Shown here: positions 1-12,549 of the stretch, piece by piece
How positions within the stretch are numbered: the stretch's first letter is position 1
How the letters are laid out: each line of letters begins with the position of its first letter
Source: Catajapyx aquilonaris
Lineage: Eukaryota
Direction of reading: 5' to 3'
NCBI GenBank assembly: GCA_000934665.2
Contig: KZ538339.1
Location: 62,001-85,791 of the forward strand
Length of the DNA: 23,791 nt
Made by a program: the position numbers and the translations under genes
Notes under the pieces: model-generated
Told to the model about the DNA's origin: nothing
What the model saw: the letters and a program-made list of their open reading frames with translations, nothing else
Database searches by the model: none

Positions 1-310
1 GGGACGGGAAGCTTTTAATGTCAACAGTCAATGGCTGAAGCGACTGATATTTTTTTGGGTGGCGCCTAAGAAATTGCGGACGAACCGCCCTTTCTTTGCC
101 TGCATGTGCTGCATCTGCATGACAAATCCGAGTTTACGGCCAGCTAAACACATTCAAATTAGACGTGACGAGGGCCATTTTCGCTGCTCCAACGAGTCCA
201 ATTAGAGTCGGATCGCCCGAGTCTACATTTGCACCATGCTTTGTCACATCGTTCGCAACCCCCATTGTCTTAGCCCCGGATGCACAATGCCATGATGCAA
301 CAGTTTATGC

Positions 311-466
311 TGAATGGAAACATTAGCCTGTGAATGGCAACGTTGGATGTTGAATGGCAACGTTGGATGTTGAATGGCAACGTTGGATGTTGAATGGCAA
401 CGTTGGGTGTTGAATGGCAACGTTGGATGTTGAATGGCAACGTTGGCTGCTGAATGGCAACGTTGG
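311..466. repeat. 20-bp-unit minisatellite (TGAATGGCAACGTTGGATGT), 7 near-perfect copies plus one degenerate leading copy
   Basis: TGAATGGCAACGTTGG starts at 331, 351, 371, 391, 411, 431 and 451, an exact 20-bp period. Only the last 4 nt of the unit vary (ATGT/GTGT/CTGC). A degenerate copy TGAATGGAAACATTAG starts at 311. Each unit contains the palindrome CAACGTTG. Confidence 0.97.
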
Positions 467-616
467 TATGATCACTGCTACTTTTGAGTAGCGGTTACTG
501 CTAGAAATCGCCGTTTTGTTCTTCTCGACTTTCCAACATGAGCATAGCGTCAAACTTTTTGTTAATCTCATTTTAATTACCGCAGATTGTTCTACTTTGA
601 AGTAGTTTGTAGATGT

Positions 617-633
617 GGGGGGGGGGGGGGNGG
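617..633 (+). repeat. Poly-G homopolymer containing an ambiguous base
   Basis: 14 G at 617-630, N at 631, then GG. Confidence 0.95.
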
Positions 634-2612
634 CTCCGGTAAGTACCCTCCTCGCCCGGTAGTGTTGCATCGGATAGTGGGTTGCATAATGAGGTAATCA
701 GCTCGGAAGGAGGAAGAGACAGGTGTGGCGCGATAAAAGGAGCGCCTCGTAGTAATAATTGGGCCAAGAATATTGGAAGTTGGCTGGCGTTCGGCAGCTG
801 AGGCCCCCAAGGCCACTTAATTACTTCCATGTAATCTGCAATGCAAGCAGGGGCCTGCTGCTTTTCCCCGGGTTATCCTCAGGCCCGCTAGTTGCAAGTG
901 TGCTTTTGGATCTGCAAACTTCTTTCTTCTCTATAGTGGTAATAACCACCCCCCAGACTATATCACCTCTCCCAATTTCCCTCTGCGACTAGTTTTCCAA
1001 ACTATCGCCCACACCTTCATCTAGGGTGAGCAAACACACGCTGCTCTACTGATGGTGTGATCCGTCCACACTAATTTATTCCGTGTGATCAACACTTCGT
1101 TTTTTTCCATCTCATTTTTGAACATGCGACAAACCAAGGTGCGTAAAAGTCCTGCAATCCTGATTGGGACTTGTTGACGAGAATTGGTCCAGCTGGTCGT
1201 GTTGATAAAATGTAGAAGTGGGAGGGCCAGTTAATTTCGAAGGGAGCCCCCCACTGATTGTTGGAAGGGGTTTAGAACTAGAGAGAGTCGCTAACGCCGC
1301 ATGTAACCAATGGCACCAAACGACCCATACTCGTCTTTTCCCCGTCGCGAAACGGGCTGGGTTACTGCGCGTTTTATAGAAGCCGGTGGAAATAATTTTG
1401 AGGGAGGGAGGGGGGGGGGGTGTCCTTTCGGGTGTGGACCAAATCTTTGTCGCCGGAGTAGTGTCATTGTTTAATGACGGATGTTAACGAGGAACTAAAG
1501 CAGAGGTGGGGAAATGGAATTGGCCCCGTTTTACAGCGCTCTTTATATTGTGCGATTAACTTGCTCCGGCTATGAAATGTCTTGATTACTGGGGACGAAC
1601 CCCGGCCAATTGCGACCCTAGCCTTTTTTTGTATCCAATAGTTGGCTCTCTTTTTATGGGATTGGACTACAATATGTTCTAATTAGTGGCTAACAATTTT
1701 TGGTCCTAAGCAGTTACTTCTAGCTGCTATATTCAAGGCCGCAATTGCAGCGTGTTTTATTAGCTTAAAATAATTCATCCTAATAACAGCTGATAATATT
1801 ATTGACTGCCACAAATTGTAGATGTTCCACAATAGCGGGTTAAAAATAATCTATCGACATTTTCAAAGGAGCACACGGTATTTTGGATAGCATATGGTGA
1901 TTTGAATACGAATGAAAAAAGGGACTATTCCGTTACCTCTGTGTGTTGGATTGTTGCCGAGCTGCTCACGTACTTTTGCGGCCAACTGGGAGAAGATGCC
2001 AGGAGTGTCTTTTTTCTCTCTTTCTCTCTCCCTTCCCTTCCCTCAGGATCGATGGCATGTAATGGAAAGGCACATGTATGTAGATATACTAGAAATCGAT
2101 ATGTAGGGGGTAGGTTAGGCGATGGCTGCCTCGGGAAGCGCCTTATTTCCTTCCGGGTCCTCGTCTGGCATCTGCCGCTTTCGTGGGTCACGTCAACCTC
2201 TCTCTTTCCCTCCCCCGCCTTCCCCCACTATTTTTTCCCCCTTCTTCTTTTTCTCCCCCATCCTCCCAACCACCACATGCCTATACCTAAGGAAAAAAAA
2301 CCCAGCTGCTCTTCCATTTCCAATACTCTTGATTGAAATGGATTGGCACCGTAGTTGCTCCACTCCCACCGAAAGTGACTATTGAACTTCTCATGCTTTC
2401 AGGGGCAGGATAATAAATTTCTACAGGGTGTCAGAAGTGAGGGGGAATCGAAACGGTCTGGCAACACTGCTTGTGCGCATGCTCAGTTGACACCCAAAGC
2501 CACGTGGGGAGGGAGTGAGAGAAGTTTCTATTGGACCAGAAGGCACGCCGCCATCGTTGCCACACTTCTTCAACTGTTAGAGACAAAATGTTTCTCGCTC
2601 TCACTGATAGGC

Positions 2613-2664
2613 ACTGCTAACTTAGCAGTACCATTGCCAACACTGGCACAGCTAAGTTAGCAGT
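2613..2664. repeat. 52-bp hairpin (24-bp arms, 4-nt loop), possibly the centre of a decayed MITE or foldback element
   Basis: ACTGCTAACTTAGC (2613-2626) is the exact reverse complement of GCTAAGTTAGCAGT (2651-2664). The inner 10 bp pair at 7/10 around loop CCAA (2637-2640). Flanking CACTG/CAGTG extends the symmetry weakly. Confidence 0.75.
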
Positions 2665-3133
2665 AACCAGCAGTGGGACGAAAATTTGACCCAAATATTG
2701 TAAATGACAAAGTCTCGCACAGGGTTGAGGATACTGCACTGATGGTAGCATACTTAAAAGAGTTAAAATCGAAACACTTTTTTCTCAAAAGAAACAACTA
2801 TGTATTTTAAGTGTGGAAAATAAGGGATGATACAATAGTGTGGATGATCATGTTTTTAACAAACATTACTTTGGTTTTAAATTAATAATTGCATAACTAC
2901 TCAAATTTTCTGTACTTAATTAAAAGTGTCCATCTTCATTTATACACATTCAGTCCCGAGGGTTTCATTTCTTCAAGACAAACTGATTTTCGTAGGATTT
3001 AAACAAGTCGTACGTATATATTTGATGATGATATTGAAGTGGATGATGATGTACGCGAGAATCCAGGTGGAGGCCTAAAGGCGGTTTCACACGAGCAGAT
3101 TTTTGATCATCATTGAGTTATTTTATATTATCG

Positions 3134-3246
3134 CAGGATGTATGTGTATAGTAAGTGTTAACAGGATGTATGTGTAGTGTGTGTTAACAGGATGTATGTG
3201 TAGAGTTGGCTCGCAGGATGTATGTAGTGTTCACAGGATGTATGTG
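3134..3246. repeat. Degenerate minisatellite with core CAGGATGTATGT, 5 copies
   Basis: Core starts at 3134, 3162, 3188, 3214 and 3234 (periods 28, 26, 26, 20). The linkers are related GT-rich sequences. Confidence 0.92.
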
Positions 3247-4614
3247 AAGAGTGTGTTTGTTCATGTCATTATTTTCATTATCATCAAGCTCACCTATATA
3301 CCTATTACATATACGTAGGCCTATATTATGTAATAAACACCAAATCAAAAGTCACATCGAACCACCTGGCAATCCTGCTTGCGTGCGTCCAATCACCATC
3401 CAGGTCTGATTGAGCCAGCGGGCTTTACCCTTCCAGCGTTGTGACATCGTGAGTCTATAAACACTAGTCCAAAGAAAAAGGAGGTCGAGCACTCTATAAA
3501 ACCTGCCTTGGAGATCGGCAGTAAGACCCACGTGGATGTCGTTCTTTCCTCTTTCTGCAGACGTATATAGAAAGGGCCATCGAGGGTCACGTGCATGACC
3601 CCCGGTATCTTCCGGGAGCTGAGGGCCAACGCATGTCGACTTTGCCAGAGCATAGCTTCGTATCGTGCCATTAAGCACTAGACTCCCTTTTATATACCCC
3701 TCCACCCCCACCCTTTCCCTTTACCCTTCTCCACATTCACAATAGCAACATTGCCAAGCCGCCTTTATCCGGGATATTGAATTCCCAATGGCGGGCATTT
3801 GCTAAATTGCGCCTCCTTTGGAAACACTCGGCGAAAGGAGGGTCCTGGTCGGGGGGAGGGAAGGGGGGGGGGCAGACTTGTGGAGAAAACCTCTCTGCCT
3901 CGGCCTCTAGAATAGAGAGAAAATGAATAAATCTACAGGAGGGTGCTTTTGAAAAGCGAAAGTGGATGTGTACGGTCATGATTCCCTGACTTCTCTCTAG
4001 GACCCCATATATTCACAAAAGCTGAAAAAAAAAATCTCCAAAAATTGATGATGGGTCCGGTGAGAGTGCACTTTGGTCAGCTCAAGAAAGCATCGGAATT
4101 AAATCCTGACCCTTGAAGAGGACGATGCTTATCAGGCCGGAGGTCAAGTTGAGAAAAGATGACCTCCTGGTAAAGTGGGTTCTAATTAATGAAAAGACCT
4201 CCCCACTTGTGCCGAGGCGTCAATAGATCTTTGATGATGCGGGTGCCAGACCAGGTAAATTTGCAATTAACGCCTGGTCCAGGGAAAGGAGAGGATGCTG
4301 CTGACATCCATTCACAAGCCCCCTCATCTAGTTTTCCTCCAGTTTTTTTTTGGTTCCTCTACAGTCCCTTGGCGTAGCACAGGGGGAAAGGATCCTCAGC
4401 TGCAGCCCACAAATTCCCAGTGTTAAATCATTACGTCTAGGTCGCAATTTGTTCGTCGCATCTGCGTCCCTTCTCTGAGGCACGTGCCTGCAGTTTCTCA
4501 AAGAATCTCTCCTGTTAGAATTATCCAGGGGTGGACTTTTTTTCTTGGAAAGAAACTTGTCTTTTCAAGTTTTGGAGGTCCTAAATTTTTCTTGTTTTAA
4601 TGGCAAATTGATCG

Positions 4615-4693
4615 AAAATATAGGTTCATAGGTTGTGTTCATAATTACATGTGGACAAAATCTAGTTACAAGTAATGATAGATTTGCCCTAAT
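4615..4693 (+). repeat. Fragment of the same AT-rich interspersed repeat family as the arms at 18.9-20.7 kb
   Basis: AAAATATAGGTTCATA (4615-4630) is the exact reverse complement of 20439-20454. Downstream AAAATCTAGTTACAAGT and TTGCCCTAAT resemble the left-arm AAAATTTCTAACTACAAGT and TTGCACTAAT in the same order. Confidence 0.6.
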
Positions 4694-7600
4694 GCAATGA
4701 ATGGAACAACCGGATTCAAATATTATTGACTAAATAACATAATTGTGTCATTACCAAATGGTTATGTTGATTTTACGCATCAGAGCTCCGCACTTTATTT
4801 TTGCATAACTATGGCAATATCGAACCTGCGCACTCTAATTGGATTCTTTTCTCCAATCCCTGCGACTCAGCAAAAGTTGTCACATAAGCTTCCGTCTCTT
4901 TTTTTTCTTCTTCTCCTTGGTTGCTCAAGGCATATTTGTAGTGAAGTTTCGACGCTACCTTTAAAGTTTGCAAAAGAAAAAAAAAGTTCGTCCCCAGAGG
5001 CACTTTTTGGTCGTTTTCTCCCCTCCGATGTTTGCCATTCCATTCAGTGTGTTGTGATTAAACGTGTGGGGAGGCCAAGTCAAGCAATTTAATAAAGCGA
5101 TTAACGTGGGTCTCTGAGGTGATCGACAAAGTGATTCTGAAAGGGGGGGTTAGGAAAAAGGGAAGAAGAGTCCACCAATCAAAAGTTGCGCAGGGTTTAT
5201 GTGGCAGTGAATTCTAATGGGGGAGCTGCTGGTGCGGTTTATACATCGCCCCATGACTCTCTGCCTCTAGGGAAACAATTGAGTAATTAGTGCAGTAAGG
5301 AACTGGCTAGGGGGAAGGGAGACAAACCATTTCTGAAAATTGCAATGATGGCGGTTTGGTTTGCGGAATGGGGGAGCTTCATTACCCACCTGAGAGTTTA
5401 CCCCCTGCCAAGTTTGCACTCGTAATGTATGCACAGGACCGACTTCTTTCCGCCCCAGCAAACCCGAGTCCTCTAAATCTTCCAAAACAATGGATTTTTT
5501 CCCCCTTCTTCTTCCTGCCCCTTTTCTTCCTTGCTTTTCTCCAGCAACGCAGCCCATGAAATAAAAATGGCGCAATTTGTACCTGCCGCAGGACACAAGG
5601 CGCGAAAGAATTCTATTTGTTGCTATAAAAATGTATCTCACGTCTTTGCAGCATGTAAAATGAAGAGGGGAGGGGGGGGGGTTGTGCACACAGGAGAGGA
5701 AAAGGATTCCGGAGCGGGCTTGAATAAGGCAGAACTCCGGGCCCTATCCGGACAGAGGTGCAACCCAAAGCGACCACTGCAGAGAACATTTTCATGATGT
5801 CGCCAAGGCCGCAATCGCGGTTTTCCCGGGGCTTATAAACCCCGCTGCACACAAAAGCGCCAGTTCTAACATGGGGGCTCTCCGTATTGTACATTACAAT
5901 GGCCGTACACCCGACACACCAAAGTTTGAATATCCCCAGGACGCCCCCCTTCCTCCCTTCCCTCTGTCCCCGCCTTGTGAACTCTCTCGGAGCACTAGGT
6001 CTGACATGGCCCGTGTTTGCGAATGTGCTGCGGGCCTGCTCAACCATGGAATAAGCCCGACGATGACAACAATAGTTATTCCCCGCTCGGTTATCTTCAA
6101 CTGAACACGATTTCTGTAGACACACGAGTGTGTCGATTGCGTCTACTTGTCGTGACCCCCACAAGACATATAGCGCTTAATTGCAGCATCCGACATGTCC
6201 TTTGTCCGCTATTGTGTTCCCGGAAACAAAAGGCCTGGAAACGGGCAGCATGGGCCTGCAAGAAACGCCCAAAAGATGTGGTTTTGGATCCGCATGGCTG
6301 ACAAGTACTGAGTGTGGAGGGAGGTAAAACGCAGCCATCCGGAGCAAAGTGCAGTGTCAATAAGGCCTCGAGGATGCTTTGCTTAGCTTTGCGTTTGAAA
6401 CGGGCCTTCGGGTGTGTATCCGGAGGCTGCTTGTAGACCCGGAGGGCGACGGCCGCCACATACATTTTGCACTCTTGTAACTTTCCCGAAGTAGTAGCCA
6501 GAACCCGGAACGAGCTATGTCGTGTGACTTAATCTGGTTCAACATACTGCACACCCCCCTCCCCCGGAAGGGGGCAAAGCCCCGGAACTATTTGATCCCA
6601 GCAGTTTTTAGCAACCCTTCTGGCCTTGTTCATTGTGTGACATGGAGAGGGGGGCAAGCAGAGAGCATTGCATTATTAATAGAGCCCCAACATCTTACAT
6701 AAATCATGTCAAGGCAACGGATAACTTAATGAAGCTGTGGCTAGTAATAACTACCCCAGGGTTCCCCGCAGACACGTAACGCCGCACTCCGCCTCATTTT
6801 TCGGGCCTGTATAATTTATGAGCCCTCTTGCCTTCCATCCCTGCGTACAAATCACGCCTCCCTTCGTCTGGTAGCCCCGTCTGGGAAGTCTCCCTTGTAC
6901 CTGATACACTGCCACAGACGCTTTCCCACACGCTCGCCGCCATTTTTTTTTTTACCCCCATCTTCTTCCAAACAGTAGCATTTTGTTTCGGTGATCTTTG
7001 TGCAAGTTCCACACAGTGTAACAGTCAATTTGGAGAGTAGAATGCCGTCCCCATCATATATGGTTGCGGGCTCATCAATTATCGGTAATGAATCTCAACC
7101 AGCCCGGGGTTGGCAATCCCAATGACCAGACTAATCAGACGTGTTTTAAACACTTTTGTCCCCCGTAAATGGATCGCGTTATTGGTCAGCGACGGTGACT
7201 GCTGATAACATTTTCAAACACACCCCTCTGCTGCCTATAGCTGGTTTCAAAGTCAAGTAGCGAGGGAGTGAGGCCCACGATTTGGGAATTTGTTTGCTCC
7301 CAGCGATGGATGAATGCTCTACACTCACTTGCGGGTCTATTCACCCAAGTGAACTGTGCACACGAGATACATTACCGGTGCCAGGTCGTGCTTTCCCGGA
7401 AATTGAAACGCTACCTCTTGTACCGCATGACTGCTCAGAACTCTGGAACTATAAATTGGGTAAAACCCGGCGGGTTGGGGGAGGGGTAAAAACACAGGGA
7501 GCCTGTGTGGGTTGCATTATGCATGCATTTTTAAACATGTTCCGAGGATTTCACTAATTTCGGTAAGTAGCTTTCTGATCCACTGTGCTGTACAGTACAA

Positions 7601-10600
7601 GGTGAGGCAAAACTTTAGGATATCCACAGAATTCACTGGATGGAAATGTTTCGAATCCAATATGCACCAAAATTCTTAAGTCGGCAACGGCTGGTTTCTC
7701 GACATTTCTCGACTCTAGATTTCAGACTTGTAAAGGGCCAATCTGGCCATTGGCGGCGTGGTGATGAGTTCTGATTCACCCTGTGCGGTTGCTAGGGGAA
7801 AGGCCAGGCAAACGGCTGGCGATGGCTTTTCCTCCCCATGACTTGAGGCATTTTCTTCGTGGCGGTTGCATGGGGGACTGCTTTTGCGACTCTGCAGAAA
7901 GAGCCTAATGGGATTCGGCAGTCTCTCGGCAATGTCAACATTTAGTTGGGAAATAGCTCGAGGAAAGAACGAAAGAGCTGTGGTTGTGCAGCAGGTTGCG
8001 TGTGTAATTCCCCCCCTCCCCCCTTCCTTTCTTCCTCCTTCTTCGTCTCTTCTTTTTATTTCCTTTTTCGGTTTTTCGTCCCCTAGTTTTGCAGCTAAGC
8101 CAGGGAACGTGCGTTTCCTTCCGGTTTAACGAGGTGTTCACAACTGTCGTTAACCAGCGCCGGTATACAGAAGGATCATGTCTGCCGTTCCAGCCGGATT
8201 GCATTGCATTTATAACAACTGCGTAATTGAATGCAAACTAAAATTAAAGTTGACGCCGAATCAAATCTACGGGATCGAACTTTTTTGGGGTTGTCCAGAA
8301 TGGTGCGGGGGGAAAGAAAGGAAAAACACAGAAAGTGCAATAATCATAGCCATAAACCGTATAATGGATATTGAAGCTCTGGGCCATAATGGGAACTGGA
8401 ATAGCTTATCCAGGGGCTTGGGTTCTGTGTGCATTATTCCTCTCTAGTGATTCGCAGCATCCCCCGGCTGATTCGGCAGGCAGCCACTCCGAAAGCAATC
8501 AGGCCAAGTTCAAAGGCAGGCTATAAATTCTTAGGCTTTACGACAGGAGCTGAGAGGAGTGTGATAGGGCGCGACTAATATATGGCTAGAGCTAGGGGGG
8601 TCCTTCTTATCTGAAAACCAACTTTTTTTTTGATACAGAAATAACGGCAACATTTTCGACCTCCCCGAACAAATCGCGAGGACAATAGGTGAGAGGTTGT
8701 CGTTTATTTTTGTGGGGGTTGCTGTCACCGGGTGTCACAATCCCTGCTAAATAATGGCTGAGAAAGTGCCTACCTACTCTACAGATTGCTCAGACTAATT
8801 ACAACGCCATCATGACTGTTACATAGAAACCGTTCCACTTCCATAATATAGACAGTATTAATTCCGTTCCCAGTTCCAGCATGTACCAACCCCGGCATTG
8901 TCAAAGATGTTATATTTATTAGCTCTCCGGCTGTAAATAATTCCGCTCTAACATGGACTCGGAGAGTGTGCCCAGGTTTCAGACAGATTCTGGCGTTGAT
9001 TGGACCAGCGTTGGGAAGGAAATGGGTGCTGAAACATTCATGTCGGAGGTAGTCGGCGGGGGTCGGCCTCATTCCGTCCATTTGGAATGCAGGAGAAATT
9101 CCTAGGATGGTACTTTGCACTCGGCCTCCCCGTTCCTTCGTTTTTTGAAGGGGTGGTGGAGAGAAGGACTGGTGGAAGTTGAGATTCTCTCTACACTATT
9201 GCAAAACCTGGAGGGAAATCTGTTGCAAAATTCCGTCGTAATGATCGGTCGACCTGAGCCTGAGGGCGGCTTGCAAGAACGAAAGGAGAAGAAAAAATAT
9301 GCCGGAGAGATGAGTCTTCTTCAACTGCCGGAAGTCCATCGATCTTCACCTCTGCTAACCTTTGCCTCTTTTCTTCTTCTTTTTTTCCCCCCTTCCTCCG
9401 TTCCATATTGCTCCCAGAGTTCAAAGACAAGCGAGGATTCCCAGTCCTCATAGCTTCAAGGAGGATTTATTGATGAACTCCCGCAGTCCGGGCTCAATTC
9501 TCGTCCGCTTGAGATATTGCGACTATATCTCATTTCGGCGGGCAGGGGGTGGTGGGTGGGTGGGTCTGTTGATAGGCAGGGATAGTCAAATAGATTAAAC
9601 TGCTTTCCGCTGCATGGGTACTCCTGGCCTCCCCCCGAAATTTAATCCAAACTGCGTTTTGTTGGCAACAGAAGCCGGATAACGGGAACGGCAAATCAAT
9701 TCGAAGTCTAATCGAATTTATTGATTCCATATATTTTTTGTTTTGTTTTATCAGTTGTGCCAGTCCGTACCAGCCATGCTTCGTACTGACTTCACAATAC
9801 CAACAATGGCCATAGATAACAATTAAAGGATCATTGCGCACAATTACATGGCCTGTACCTTCTGAGCTGCCCTTTTGATCTCTTCTAACAAGGTTAAAAA
9901 TAAAAGGGGAAATAAGGTTAGAGCCCTTCTTTCTTGAGAGATAACCTTAGCATCCTTGCTAACTGCATGATCTCTATAGCAGCTATACTGCCACACGATT
10001 GTTACTTTCGCCAATTGGGTAAATCACTGATCAAATTGCTCATATGTAAACGGGGCCTGACTCGCAATAGGCAGGAGTGGGAATGCGCCTTTTAGGCCAC
10101 GCCCATTTCTCCCGCCAATTTGAGTGACTTTTAAGCACACGATAATAAATTATTGAGGAATGACATTTTGGTCCTGAAATGCGGAATGAGTGTGTTACTT
10201 GTGTACAATTTTCCCAAATCCCAGACCAAGGCTATGACCCTAATCCAATCAGAAGTTGATCAAATTAATTTTTGCCTATTGGCATCTTGCATCATTGACC
10301 TGCGTTACCTATCCGTAGGGTGGAGTGAGCATTGTTGATTTTTGTCATGTGTAGGAACTTAATTTCGACAGTGTTTCCCTTTGTGACCCTATATTGACGG
10401 ATCGGGGGGGTGATCTGAGCCACTTTGGGCTGAACTCAGCACCTTTCATCTTCCAAAAACCTGCCGTAAAACGTCCTCCCGTTGTAATTGGCCTATTAGG
10501 CACCTAACTCCCACATAGGGAGTGGGAAAAGGAGGAAGGGAGGAAGGACCAGCGCCTGCGATTGGCTGCAGGCAAATCGTCTAAACCCTTAACGACCTAG

Positions 10601-12511
10601 GTTGCAGAACAAGCCTTATAATCTACCCCAACCCGAGTTCCTTTACGGCGAGTCTGAACTTGGTACCAAGTTTTGCTGCGCAGAGCACTGAACTTTTTGC
10701 CTAATATTGATACTCAGGGTGGGAGGGGTTGGGTCGTGGGGAGAGTACATCACAGGCATCCATATTGTGCGTTTCTTAGGCAAAGGCAGGGCCTTCATCC
10801 ATATGCATGAGGTGGCTGAATGAGGTTCCAAGAAAGTCTTCATTGCCGTCGTTGCCTTTTGCTTAATTTACAGAAGGATTTTCGTCCGCCCCATTGTTCC
10901 CGTCATAAATTTTCCAAATGGGGCGCTGATAGAATCCCAAACGGCTCCCAGCAAGGCGAGTGAAGAGAGGAGAGGGGGTGGGGGGCGAGTGGGTGGGTGG
11001 GTGAAGAGAGGGCTTTATCTAGCCTTTGCATTTTGAACGCCCCAAATCCCCCCCTTCTCCTCTCTTCTCCAGCAACTTGGAAGGGAAGCTGCATCTCGAG
11101 TCCAGGGGAAAAGGGGGGGAGAAAGAGACAGTTTACCTGACAAGAGTCAAAGATGGCCGACCTTTCTTGCCACGTGCTCGTCGTAAAGTTTGTTGGAAGC
11201 TTCTTGTAATGGACTGCAGTTGGCGCTGAGATGCCACGCATGCTTTGAGGGTGGAATATGCATATTTCAAAATTTCGGATTCCAACGAGGCGACATCTCG
11301 ACGCCACATTATTCGTGACTGGCGCTATTCAACTCCACAAATGAGTTGCATGGACAGTAAATTAAGCCAACAAATATTTTTCAAACCAGCTGTTCATTTA
11401 CAGAGGCCTCCAACCATCTCCCTGAGAATGAGCGAGTCATGTGAAGCCCAAAGTTGGCAATTACGAGCCCGGAAAATCCGCGAAAATCGAGTAACAATAT
11501 CACAAAGAGAGGGAAAGTTTAGTCGAATTGGGATCTTGGCAACCAGAAGTTTAATTCTGGCAGGATTCAAACCAGCCCTTCAATTTACTTCCACTTCAGA
11601 TGTGAGTAATCGAGTTTAAAGCCGGTTTTGAGCTCGGAATGTGCTTCGTTTGGTGACTGTGCGGAGAAGCTGCAGTTATTAATATTGGCGCAGAGTTATG
11701 GAAGAAGTTGAAGAAAAAAAAATACCGGTCCATTTTTTTTTGCATCCCAAGGGCGGATGAATCCCTGGGCTCTCTGAGGAAGAAGTAATTGGCTTCTTTG
11801 GCGAAATGGCGTCCAAGTCCCCGTGCCTTTTCGCCGAAAAGTCTTTGGCTCGGCCCGACTTGAGCACAATGCTGCATTTCCGAATCAGCAAACGGGCCAA
11901 AATTAATTAGATTTGTCCTCAAATAAGAAGAGCGAGGGCCGGGAGAGAGAAATCATGGATGCAAATGAGATGCATAATTTATGCTGGTCATGTGTCACAT
12001 GCAAACTCCTGGCGGTCGTTATGGGTGGGAGGGAAAAAGGGGGAGGTGGAGGGTTTCCAACCCCTGTGACTACCCATTTATCTCAAGGATGGAAGTTTAA
12101 TCACGATTATTAGACTAGGGGGCTCGCCACTCGGCATCTGTCCTAACGTGTGCGGGGGGATATATACACACAGTGTATATAGCCCGGAAAAGAGGGGGGT
12201 GGGGGAGAGAGAATCCGGGTTCACGGAATTAATTTTGGCCACCAGAAGTCGAGCCCCGATGTGACATCTTTGCCCCTGCTTTTCAATTTATGGCCGCTGG
12301 AGAACCAGACAGAGGGGCAGGTGACACGTGGCGTTGGAAGAGAGATCCGTAATTACTATATAGGAAAAGGGGGGAAATTTTGGGAGTACTAAAAGTTATC
12401 GCGGAAAATGTTTTCTTCCTTGTGCAGCCGTCCAATAAATTATTCTGGGAAGGGGTTTAAATTCGATATGGAAATGTCTGGCTTGTTACTAATCCGGTTT
12501 TGGGTTTGGAA

Positions 12512-12549
12512 CTAATTTGCGATTTCTCTCTCTTTTTTTGCAGGTGAGT
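12512..12549 (+). promoter_or_regulatory. Candidate recursive splice site (ratchet point): 3' splice site directly abutting a 5' splice site
   Basis: Branch-point-like CTAAT (12512-12516), pyrimidine tract TTTCTCTCTCTTTTTTT (12523-12539), GCAG ending at 12543, then consensus donor GTGAGT (12544-12549). Confidence 0.72.

Noticed and set aside
311..466. CRISPR array
   Set aside because: The units are head-to-tail with no unique spacers, there are no cas genes, and the context is eukaryotic.
323..670. 115-aa minus-strand ORF with repeated peptide QRCHSTSNVAIQHPTLPF
   Set aside because: The peptide repeat is just the translation of the 20-bp minisatellite, and the ORF also crosses a poly-C run and an N.
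3134..3246. CRISPR-like repeat-spacer array
   Set aside because: The repeat is only 12 nt, and the linkers are 8-16 nt and similar to one another.
5494..5544. Strong-looking 3' splice site (long pyrimidine tract + CAG) ahead of ORF 5531-5797
   Set aside because: Long pyrimidine tracts are common on both strands here, there is no clear branch point or matching donor, and the downstream peptide is unrecognisable. Similar isolated acceptors near 3560, 4363 and 13024 were set aside for the same reason.
8520..8530. TATA-like words (also near 3455, 3494, 18423) and scattered TAAT, E-box and GTGGGAA motifs as promoters or enhancers
   Set aside because: Short motifs are expected by chance, and no Inr/DPE arrangement or clustering could be supported by eye.
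12161..12181. Short palindrome TATATACAC-ACA-GTGTATATA
   Set aside because: It is a low-complexity 9-bp stem that is plausible by chance in 24 kb.
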